From positions 1-36,697 of the forward strand of contig DATCCR010000245.1 of NCBI GenBank assembly GCA_036511155.1: a DNA stretch of 36,697 nucleotides, in the 5' to 3' direction. The position numbers and the translations under genes are program-made. Of this stretch, positions 27,004 through 34,227 are shown one piece after another. This stretch comes from Acidimicrobiales bacterium. Lineage in GTDB: Bacteria; Actinomycetota; Acidimicrobiia; Acidimicrobiales; RAAP-2. Positions within the stretch are counted from its first letter, which is position 1; the number at the start of each line of letters is the position of its first letter. A model generated the notes under the pieces. That model searched no databases. It was not told where the DNA came from and saw nothing but the letters and a program-made list of their open reading frames with translations.

Positions 27004-28950
27004 TCAGTGGATGACCGCCTGGGTGATGACCGCCGGCCGGGTGCCGTGGATCCCGACGGGACGGCCCGGCATCGACAGCCACGACTCGGTGGCGAAGACC
27101 ATCAGGAAGAGGTGCCAGACGGGCCAGAGGAAGACCCAGCCGATGTGGCGTCCCTGGTGGAAGCCGAGGGTGAGTACGGCCTGGAGGGCCATGAAGACGA
27201 TTTCGGCGATGACGTAGCCGCCCAGGAAGATGAGGATCACGTCCCGCTGCGTCCCCTCGAACATGGCGGTCAGCAGGAGGTAGAGCGGCAGCAGCAGGCG
27301 GGCCGGCGCGAACGTGCACTTCACGAACTGCTGGGTCTGGTTGAACCACACCTTGGGGGTGGCCACCCCGGCCCGGTAGGGGCCGTGGCGCGACTGGTTG
27401 TGGTGGACGGCCCGGCCCCAGCGCACCCGCTGCTCGCGGATCTCGGCGTAGGTCGGGGGCACGTCCTCGTAGACGACGATCTTGGTGTCCATCCACGTGC
27501 GGTAGCCGAGGCGGCTGGCCCGCAGGGTGAAGTCGCCGTCCTCGCCGTTCATCCCGACGGTGAACCCGCCGAGTCCGACCGCCACGTCGCGCCGGAACGC
27601 GGTGAACACGCCGGGCACCACGTTGACCCCGTCCACCGTCTGGATGGTCCGGTGGTTGAGGCCGAACTGCTTGAGCTCCTCGAACAGCCGCAGGTGCGGG
27701 AAGACCGAGCGGTGACCGGCCCGGGGGAAGCACATGGGCTCGACCAGGCCGATCTGGGGGTCCTCGAACCAGCGGGGCGTGTAGTACAGCGACCACTCGC
27801 CGACGATGGTGTCGGCGTCGATGCGCACCACGATGTCGGTGGCCGTGAGGGCGAGGGCGGCGTTGAGCGACTCGGACTTCCCGCCGTGGCGCCCGTCGTG
27901 GACCTCGCCGGTGGCGTGGGCGAAGGCGGCCATGGTGGCCAGGGCCAGATCCCTGGTGCCGTCGGACGACCCGTCGTTCATGACGATCACCCGCACCGGT
28001 CCGCCGTAGCGCCCGGCGGCCACGTCGATGGCGGTCAGGGTCGCCTCGATGACCTCCTCCTCGTTGTAGGCGGGGATGATCACGTCGATCGGCGGACGGT
28101 CGTCCGTGACCGGCGGGTCGGGACGGACGGTGAACCCGTTGACGATGGCCAGCAGCATCGTTCGGACCACGAACGTGCCGGCGGCGAAGGGAACCGGCAG
28201 CACGAGAGCCAGGGCCGGCCGGAACGCCGGGTCCGCCAGGTGGAAGATCCACAGCAGCCCGGCCATGCAGATGGCCATGGAGGCCACCGTCACGCCGAGC
28301 AGCGTCGCCGCGTCGGAGAACCGCGGCCGCTTGGCGAAGGGCACCCTGCTCGGCATGGGCAGGGCGTAGTTGAGGTACTGCATGCGGGTCATGGCCAGGA
28401 TGGCCACGCCCACCGCCACGAAGTTGCCGAGCAGGGTGGTCGGGGCGACCGGCACCCCGATGAGGACCTCGACCACCACCAGGGTCGCATCCATGAAGGC
28501 CATCACGAACAGGTAGATGAGGGCCTGGAAGGCGACCAGACCCTTGCGCCAGATGTTGCCCCGGCCGAGCACGGCCAGGCAGACGATGGTGGCGACGGTC
28601 AGGAAGCGCAGGCCCAGGGTGAAGCCGGCCAGGTAGCCGCTGACCTCGGCCGGCGACCGCACCACCGAGCTGCAGACGCGGGTCACCAGATCCGCGTACA
28701 TCTGGTCGGGACTCCAACTCCCCCGGAGCGAGTGGTAGGCGACCATCAGGGTGAGGAACAGGAGGCCGAAGGCCGGTACCAGCCAGTACGACGGCAGCTT
28801 GGGTTTCGGCAGCAGCACCAGTGCCATGCCGTCGCCCTGGTCGTCGGGGTAGCGCATGACGAGCGGGTAGGCCAGGAAGGCCAGCAGCACCGCGTCGGTG
28901 CCGAGCAGCAGCGCCAGCGGCTGGATCCCGGTGAGGAGGTCGAAGTGCAT
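27004..28950 (-). CDS. processive family-2 glycosyltransferase (polysaccharide synthase-like) with long multi-TM N-terminal extension
   Basis: This is ORF 27004..28950. The GT2 motifs are VIIPAYNEE, NDGSSDG, GKSESLN, IDADT, GEDGDFT and QRVRW. About 7 hydrophobic helices precede the catalytic domain and about 4 follow it. The overlapping ORFs 27007..28962 (+) and 26864..28717 (-) are shadow ORFs. Confidence 0.85.
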   Translation of the reverse strand: MHFDLLTGIQPLALLLGTDAVLLAFLAYPLVMRYPDDQGDGMALVLLPKPKLPSYWLVPAFGLLFLTLMVAYHSLRGSWSPDQMYADLVTRVCSSVVRSPAEVSGYLAGFTLGLRFLTVATIVCLAVLGRGNIWRKGLVAFQALIYLFVMAFMDATLVVVEVLIGVPVAPTTLLGNFVAVGVAILAMTRMQYLNYALPMPSRVPFAKRPRFSDAATLLGVTVASMAICMAGLLWIFHLADPAFRPALALVLPVPFAAGTFVVRTMLLAIVNGFTVRPDPPVTDDRPPIDVIIPAYNEEEVIEATLTAIDVAAGRYGGPVRVIVMNDGSSDGTRDLALATMAAFAHATGEVHDGRHGGKSESLNAALALTATDIVVRIDADTIVGEWSLYYTPRWFEDPQIGLVEPMCFPRAGHRSVFPHLRLFEELKQFGLNHRTIQTVDGVNVVPGVFTAFRRDVAVGLGGFTVGMNGEDGDFTLRASRLGYRTWMDTKIVVYEDVPPTYAEIREQRVRWGRAVHHNQSRHGPYRAGVATPKVWFNQTQQFVKCTFAPARLLLPLYLLLTAMFEGTQRDVILIFLGGYVIAEIVFMALQAVLTLGFHQGRHIGWVFLWPVWHLFLMVFATESWLSMPGRPVGIHGTRPAVITQAVIH

Positions 28951-29055
28951 CGGTGGTCGTAGCCCCTGTCGTGCTGTGCGTATCGGGTCATCCGGTGGCG
29001 CCGTGCGACGCCCGTGTCCCGGTGCCTCACCCTACCAAGAACATCACTCTCCGTG

Positions 29056-29071
29056 AAAGTGCGTGCACTTT
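29056..29071. promoter_or_regulatory. perfect 7-2-7 inverted repeat AAAGTGC-GT-GCACTTT in the divergent GT2 / sulfatase-MFP intergenic region (candidate operator)
   Basis: Read directly. The repeat is flanked by CGTGAA (29052-29057) and GCGTGAA (29072-29078). It sits in the locally AT-richer core of the 279-nt intergenic region. Confidence 0.3.
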
Positions 29072-29229
29072 GCGTGAACATTGAGTACGATTGCCGTGGG
29101 GCAGGGTGCGCAGTGGTCCGGACGGGGCTCGTCGGCGTTCCTGCAGAGCGGAAGGGCAGGAGCCATGGGACTGGAACGACGACGCCACGCGGGGATGACC
29201 GCACCGACGGGACAAGGGGGAGTCGCCCG

Positions 29230-32076
29230 GTGAATCTCCTCATCTGTTCCCTCGACACCCTCCGGGCCGACCATCTGAGCTGTCTGGGCAACGACCGCCA
29301 GCTGACGCCCAACCTCGACCGCATCGCCGCAGAAGGCGCCCTCTTCCGCCAGACCTACGCCACCGACATCCCGACCCAGCCGTCGCACACGGCCCTCTTC
29401 ACCGGCAAGTTCGGGATCAACTCCGGCATCGTCTCCCACTTCCACCCGGCGGCCTACCTGCCCGAGGAGACGCTGTGGCTCCCTTCCGAGCTGCGGCGCC
29501 AGGGCTACGTGACGGGGGCGGTGGACCATCTGTTCGCCATGAAGGACTGGTTCATCCGCGGCTACGACGACTACATGCCTCCTCCCGGACGGTCCCGCTC
29601 ACCGGGGTCGGTCATCAACGGCATCGGACTGCCGTGGATCAGCGAGCACAAGGAGCGGGACTTCTTCCTGTTCCTCCACTTCTGGGATGCCCACATCCCC
29701 TACGTGCCGCCGTCGCCGTTCAAGGAGCGCTACACGCACGGCACGTCGGGGCGGATCGACCCGGACATCACGGCCAAGCTCGAGGGGCGACCCAGCTACC
29801 CCCTGTTCAAGCAGAACCTGTACGACTTCCTCGACGCCATGCCGAACCTGGAGTACATCGCCGACCTGTACGACGCCGAGGTGGCCTACCTCGACTTCGA
29901 GATCGGGCGCATCTTCCAGCACCTCGAGCAGGAGGGCCTGCTGGACGACACCATGGTCGTCCTGTTCGGCGACCACGGCGAGAACATGACCGAGCACGAC
30001 GCCTGGTTCGACCACGCCGGCCTGTACGACTCGGTCACCCACGTGCCGCTGCTGATGTGGGCGCCGGGAAGGATCCCGGTGTGCGACACGGGCGCCATGG
30101 TCACCCTGACCGACGTGTTGCCGACCATCCTGGAGGCGCTCGGCATGCCCGAGCCCGAGGGGATCGACGGACGATCGCTCTTCCCCCTGATGCGGGGCGA
30201 GTCCACGACCCACCGCGACGCCGTCATGCTGAGCGAGGCCACCTGGCAGGCCGCCCGGGCCGTGCGCACCCCGGAGTGGAAGTACATCAAGTTCCTGCAG
30301 TCCACCATCTACGGCCGCGACGGCGTCGAGCTCTACGACCTGGCCAACGACCCCCACGAGCAGGTCAACGTGGCCGACCAGCACCCCGAGGTGGTGGACG
30401 AGCTGGGCAAGCGCCTCAACCACTGGGTCTCGGCCCAGCTCGGTGGCCGCCCCGACCCGATGCTCTCGGTGCTCGATGCCGGCCTGCCGGCAGTGGCCCG
30501 GCTCAACGACGTCATCGCCGGGCAGAGCAGACCCCGAAACGACGTGCCCACCCCGATCGATCCCGGCCCCGGACTCGTCCCGGCCGGGGTTGCGGCCGCA
30601 GTAGCCGGGGCTGTGGCCGCCTCCGACCACCTCGATCCCGGCAGCACCTCCGGCCCGTCCGGAGGCCCGGCGGTCGGGTCGGCGGACCCGGCCTCCGCTC
30701 CCCCCGTCGCCCTTCCCACCGCGCCCCCCGGGGACGGAGGGAAGTTCGCACCGGCCAACCCGCACAAGCGACGGCTGCGCGGGGCCCGTGGCGTCGTCGT
30801 CGGCGTCTTGGTGCTCGGCTCCGCCGTGCTCCTCGGCACGGCCGTCAACGGCCTGCTGCTGGCCAGCCCGCTGTCGGCCACCGGGGTGGTCCAGCCCACT
30901 CTGGACGCCCAGCTCAACATGCCCGGCACCGGTCCGATCATCTCGCTCCCGGTCCACGTGGGCGAGATGGTCCGCGCCGGCCAGGTGCTGGCCAGTCAGG
31001 ACACCAGCGCCCTCGACGCCCGGCTCGCCGCCGACCAGTCCAAGCTGGCGGCCGACCAGGCGACCCTGTCCGCTCAGCAGGCCGGCGGCCAACCGGCTCA
31101 GGTCCAGCAGCTCCAGGACCAGGTGGCGGCGGCCCAGACGGCGTGGTCGTCGGCCCAGCAGAGGATGGGGGGGACCCAGTCGACCACCGCCGCCGCCGTG
31201 TCCTCGGCCCAGGCCCAGGTGGCCACCGAGCAGGCGCTGCTGACGTCCGACCAGCAGACCTACCAGGACGACATCCCGGCCTGCACCTCGGCCACGCCCC
31301 CCTCCTACTGCGCGGCCGACCAACGCCAGGTGCAGGTCGACCAAGGCACGCTGACCGCTGACCGGAACACACTGGCCGAGGCCGTGGCCAACCAGCAGTC
31401 CCAGGCCACCGGGGCCCAGAACGCCGTCGACCAGGCTGCGGCCGCCGTCACCACCGCCCAGGCCGCCCTGGCCGCCGGAAGCGCCCCGGCCACTCCGGAG
31501 CAGATCGCCGCTACTCGTGCATCGATCCAGCAGGACCAGGCAGCCATCGCCGCCGACCAGGCCAAACTGGCCCAGGCCGTGGTGGTGGCCCCGTTCGACG
31601 GCGTGGTGTCGGCTGTCAACGGCTCCGTCGGCGAAGTGGTCTCGAGCCAGGGCGTCAAGCAGGCCTCGGCGTCGGCCGCGCTCAGCCAGGGCCAGACCAC
31701 CGGCATCCAGCTGTTCCCCCAGGGGCCGCAGTCGGGCTCGGGTGGACCGTCCCCGGCCTACGCCGCCCTCATCACCCTCGACTCGGTGCAGAACCAGATG
31801 GTCGTCCAGGTCCCCGAGACCTCCATCAACGACGTCCACATCGGACAGAAGGCCAGCGCCACGCTGCCGGCCGTGCCCGGGACCACCCTCGACGTCGAGG
31901 TCAGCCGGATCGAGCGCACCCCGGTCACCCAGAACGGCCAGACCTACTTCCGGGTCGACCTGGTGACCACGGCGAAAGGGCCCCACACCCTGGCCTACGA
32001 CCCGAACGACCCGTCGCTGACGTCGATCCCGACGCCGGGCAAGCTGGCCGGGTTCACCGTCGACGTGTCGTTCTGA
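29230..32076 (+). CDS. fusion protein: sulfatase-fold domain (Thr in nucleophile position) + single TM helix + HlyD/membrane-fusion-protein-type coiled-coil adaptor domain
   Basis: This lies in ORF 29014..32076, with the start at GTG 29230 (AAGGGGGAG about 10 nt upstream), giving (M)NLLICSLDTLRADHLSCLG. The N-terminal domain is paralogous to 25263..26873 (FGDHGENM, LHFWDAHIPY), but its nucleophile motif is DIPTQPSHTALFTG. A Pro/Ala linker follows, then KRRLRGARG and a TM helix (VVVGVLVLGSAVLLGTAVNGLLL). The MFP pattern comes next: GPIISLPVHVGEMVRAGQVLASQD, a long Q/A coiled coil, VVAPFDGVVSAVNG, and a C-terminal beta barrel. Confidence 0.8.
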   Translation: MNLLICSLDTLRADHLSCLGNDRQLTPNLDRIAAEGALFRQTYATDIPTQPSHTALFTGKFGINSGIVSHFHPAAYLPEETLWLPSELRRQGYVTGAVDHLFAMKDWFIRGYDDYMPPPGRSRSPGSVINGIGLPWISEHKERDFFLFLHFWDAHIPYVPPSPFKERYTHGTSGRIDPDITAKLEGRPSYPLFKQNLYDFLDAMPNLEYIADLYDAEVAYLDFEIGRIFQHLEQEGLLDDTMVVLFGDHGENMTEHDAWFDHAGLYDSVTHVPLLMWAPGRIPVCDTGAMVTLTDVLPTILEALGMPEPEGIDGRSLFPLMRGESTTHRDAVMLSEATWQAARAVRTPEWKYIKFLQSTIYGRDGVELYDLANDPHEQVNVADQHPEVVDELGKRLNHWVSAQLGGRPDPMLSVLDAGLPAVARLNDVIAGQSRPRNDVPTPIDPGPGLVPAGVAAAVAGAVAASDHLDPGSTSGPSGGPAVGSADPASAPPVALPTAPPGDGGKFAPANPHKRRLRGARGVVVGVLVLGSAVLLGTAVNGLLLASPLSATGVVQPTLDAQLNMPGTGPIISLPVHVGEMVRAGQVLASQDTSALDARLAADQSKLAADQATLSAQQAGGQPAQVQQLQDQVAAAQTAWSSAQQRMGGTQSTTAAAVSSAQAQVATEQALLTSDQQTYQDDIPACTSATPPSYCAADQRQVQVDQGTLTADRNTLAEAVANQQSQATGAQNAVDQAAAAVTTAQAALAAGSAPATPEQIAATRASIQQDQAAIAADQAKLAQAVVVAPFDGVVSAVNGSVGEVVSSQGVKQASASAALSQGQTTGIQLFPQGPQSGSGGPSPAYAALITLDSVQNQMVVQVPETSINDVHIGQKASATLPAVPGTTLDVEVSRIERTPVTQNGQTYFRVDLVTTAKGPHTLAYDPNDPSLTSIPTPGKLAGFTVDVSF

Positions 32077-32433
32077 GGCTCCCGGCGAGGCGGCCCCGGT
32101 CGGCGTGACGGGCAGGGGCGCGCCGGGGACGGGCCGGGCTCCGGGCCGACGGGCCGGCGGGCCGGCGGGCGGCCGGTGTCCTCCGAACCCTCGGCGCCCC
32201 CGACGACCACGCCCCCGGCCGGCACGGGGAGATGACCAGGCACCCGTGCTCCCGCTTCAGGTCCGGCGGAACCGGCGGGAACGCCCCGACCGCCGCTCGT
32301 GCGTCATCGGTCCGACCGGGACCCAGCGTCTGACCACGCGTGCCATGCCTCGAGGATGTGGCGGAAGCCGAGTCGGACCAGGAGAGGGTGACGGCCCCGG
32401 CTGGTACGGGGGATGGGTCGACAGGTGACTCGT

Positions 32434-32481
32434 CCATGTCGTCGACCGGCCATGTCGTCGACCGGCCATGTCGTCGACCGG
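32434..32481. repeat. 16-nt perfect tandem repeat x3 (CCATGTCGTCGACCGG)
   Basis: Read directly: units lie at 32434-32449, 32450-32465 and 32466-32481. Each contains a minus-strand ATG and a GTCGAC palindrome. Confidence 0.95.
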
Positions 32482-32483
32482 CG

Positions 32484-33035
32484 ACCATGGCCCGGGTGGC
32501 CCAGCGTCGGATCACCAGGGTCTCCCCTCCCCCGCCTCCGCCGACGGACTCGAGGCCCACCGGCCGGCGGAGATCGACGGCCGGATCGTCCGGCTCGATG
32601 CCGAGGCGGAGCCGTTCGTGGCCCGCCGCCCGGCCCCGGTCGGCCGACACCTCCAGCAGCCTCCGGCCGACGCCCCGGCCGGGCCGGGACGCCACGACCC
32701 CGACGGAGCGCCCGGGGACCTCCGGGGCGATGAAGGCGTAGCCGGGGTCGTCGGCCGTGGAGCATCGGATCCAAGTGGCGCCGATCGGCGATCCCGACTC
32801 GGCCACGACACCGACGTCGCCCGTCCGGGGCCAGCCGTCGACGTAGTGGGCGAACCGCGGTGGACCAGGATCTCGGCCCGGCCGGGGACGGGGCCACCCG
32901 ACCGCCACGCCGCCTCGCCGCCGCCTCGCCCAACAAGTCGGTCAGGAAGTCGGCGTCGGCGGAACGGGCCGTTCGCCACCGGATCCCGTCGCCCCGCCGG
33001 TGGTCCGCCGCGCCACCGCACCCACCTACCGCCAC
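32484..33035 (-). pseudogene. GNAT family N-acetyltransferase, reading frame broken (N-terminal about 40 codons in a different frame from the core)
   Basis: The core lies in the frame of ORF 32054..32908: FAHYVDGWPRTGDVGVVAE, GATWIR, VVASRPGRGVGRRLLEV (the acetyl-CoA motif A) and LRLGIEPDDPAV. The N-terminal strand/helix (IRWRTARSADADFLTDLLGEAAA) lies in the frame of ORF 32304..33035. The break coincides with the 11-nt tandem duplication at 32909-32930. The 3' limit is uncertain, because the core frame stays open to 32054. Confidence 0.5.
32909..32930. repeat. 11-nt perfect tandem duplication (GCCGCCTCGCC x2)
   Basis: Read directly: copies lie at 32909-32919 and 32920-32930. Confidence 0.95.
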
Positions 33036-33060
33036 CGCGGGTCCCCGAAGGACCGACCCG

Positions 33061-34227
33061 TCAGGAGCCGACGAACGGGAACCCGAAGTACGGCGTCTGG
33101 CCCATGGTGGTGAAGGCGCTCAAGCCGAGCTGACCCGGGGTGTCGGCCAGGGTCCAGTCGGAGGTGGACTTCGAGTCGTAGTAGAGGACGGCCTTGAGGC
33201 CGGGGAAGGTGACCGGAAGCACCGAGGTGAGCTGGGCCAGGTAGGTGCCCTGGTCGATGGTGGCGCCGGTCTCGCCCAGCATGAGGGGCTTGCCGTGGGT
33301 GATCCAGTTGGCGTAGAAGGGCAGGAACTGGGTGGTGAGCATGGCCGGGTCCTGCCTGCGGTCGTAGCCGTCCCAGCCGATCCAGTCCACGTAGGAGTCA
33401 CCCGGGTAGTAGGCCGAGCCGAACGTGGCCCCGTTGATCGAGGGGCACCACACGAAGGCCACGTTGGCCGCCCCCCGGTTCTGGAAGATGGTCCAGATGT
33501 GCTGCCAGGCCTGGATGTAGCCGGTCGCCCCGAGCGTGCCCAGGCAGCCGGCGGTGCGGGGCAGGCTGACGAGGTTCATCTCCCAGAACCAGCGCAGGAA
33601 CACCGGGCGGCCGTAGGCCTTGAGCGTGTCGGCGTAGCTGGTGATGAGCGTGTCCTGGCTGCCGTTGACGATCGAGGCGTCCGACGTGCAGGTCCAGTCG
33701 ACCACCGGGGTGGCGCCGGTCGCCGCCAGGGCGGCGAGGACAGAGGACTTTACCGGTGCGGACCAGGGCTGGTACACGTGGATCAGCCCGAGGGGTCGGC
33801 CGAGCGTCCCGTCGAAGTTGCCGATCTGGGCCAGCTCCTGGCGCACGTCGGCCTGGGCCTGGGACTCGGCCTCGTGGGGGGCCACGAAGGCGCCGAGGTA
33901 GGCGCTCGTCCTGGGCACGGCCGGCTTCGACAGGGTCGACGACGTGGCGGCGTGCGGGGGGGCCGGGCCACTGGCCGCGGTGGCCGACTGGGTGGCGGCC
34001 ACGGTGGCCAGCGTGCCCACGGTGACCAGACCGGCGACGAGCCCACGGGCCCGGCGCGAGGTCAGCACGCCGGTCCAACGGGCGGACCGGCGGGTGCCGG
34101 CCCCATGGGCGGTACGGCGGGCGGCGTGGGCCCGAGGGCGGCGGGCGGCTCCCGGGGCGGTCTCCATTGCGGTCCTCTCGTGCTGCTCATGCTCCGATGT
34201 CGGGTGCGGCGGCGTCTCGTGGTCCAT
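33061..34227 (-). CDS. secreted glycoside hydrolase family 26 (beta-mannanase-like)
   Basis: This lies in ORF 33061..34248. I prefer ATG 34227 as the start (MDHETPPHP...). An Arg-rich n-region and TM/signal segment are present (RRARGLVAGLVTVGTLATVAATQSATA). GH26-like blocks are YLGAFV, GRPLGLIHVYQPW, GRPVFLRWFWEMN (acid/base Glu) and KPLMLGETG (nucleophile Glu). Confidence 0.8.
   Translation of the reverse strand: MDHETPPHPTSEHEQHERTAMETAPGAARRPRAHAARRTAHGAGTRRSARWTGVLTSRRARGLVAGLVTVGTLATVAATQSATAASGPAPPHAATSSTLSKPAVPRTSAYLGAFVAPHEAESQAQADVRQELAQIGNFDGTLGRPLGLIHVYQPWSAPVKSSVLAALAATGATPVVDWTCTSDASIVNGSQDTLITSYADTLKAYGRPVFLRWFWEMNLVSLPRTAGCLGTLGATGYIQAWQHIWTIFQNRGAANVAFVWCPSINGATFGSAYYPGDSYVDWIGWDGYDRRQDPAMLTTQFLPFYANWITHGKPLMLGETGATIDQGTYLAQLTSVLPVTFPGLKAVLYYDSKSTSDWTLADTPGQLGLSAFTTMGQTPYFGFPFVGS

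Noticed and set aside
23224-28962. Very long ORFs 23224..25542 (+), 25494..27014 (+), 27007..28962 (+), 26864..28717 (-) and 25708..26973 (-).
   Set aside because: They overlap trpD, the acyl-CoA dehydrogenase, the sulfatase and the GT2 genes, whose translations carry diagnostic motifs. Their own translations are low-complexity Arg/Gly/Pro/His strings.
29014-29229. An upstream extension of the sulfatase-MFP ORF (MSRCLTLPRTSLSVKVRALCVNIEYDCRG...).
   Set aside because: It runs through the AT-richer promoter and palindrome region and has no signal-peptide character. A strong SD (AAGGGGGAG) precedes GTG 29230, and the paralog starts at the equivalent residue. If this rejection is wrong, the topology argument in the fusion finding needs rechecking.
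29599-31986. A 795-aa minus-strand ORF and a 628-aa plus-frame ORF (29475..31361) inside the sulfatase-MFP gene.
   Set aside because: These are shadow ORFs. Only the 29230..32076 frame gives the sulfatase-fold and HlyD-type motifs.
32054-32483. Long open tail after the GNAT core, and the 49-codon frame ending at 32304 (…HPLLVRLGFRHILEAWHAWSDAG*), which superficially resembles a GNAT C-terminus.
   Set aside because: The GNAT fold is already complete upstream (…LRLGIEPDDPAV…ETLVIRRW). The tails are Arg/Pro/Ser low-complexity typical of non-coding high-GC DNA. The resemblance is too short to support a call.
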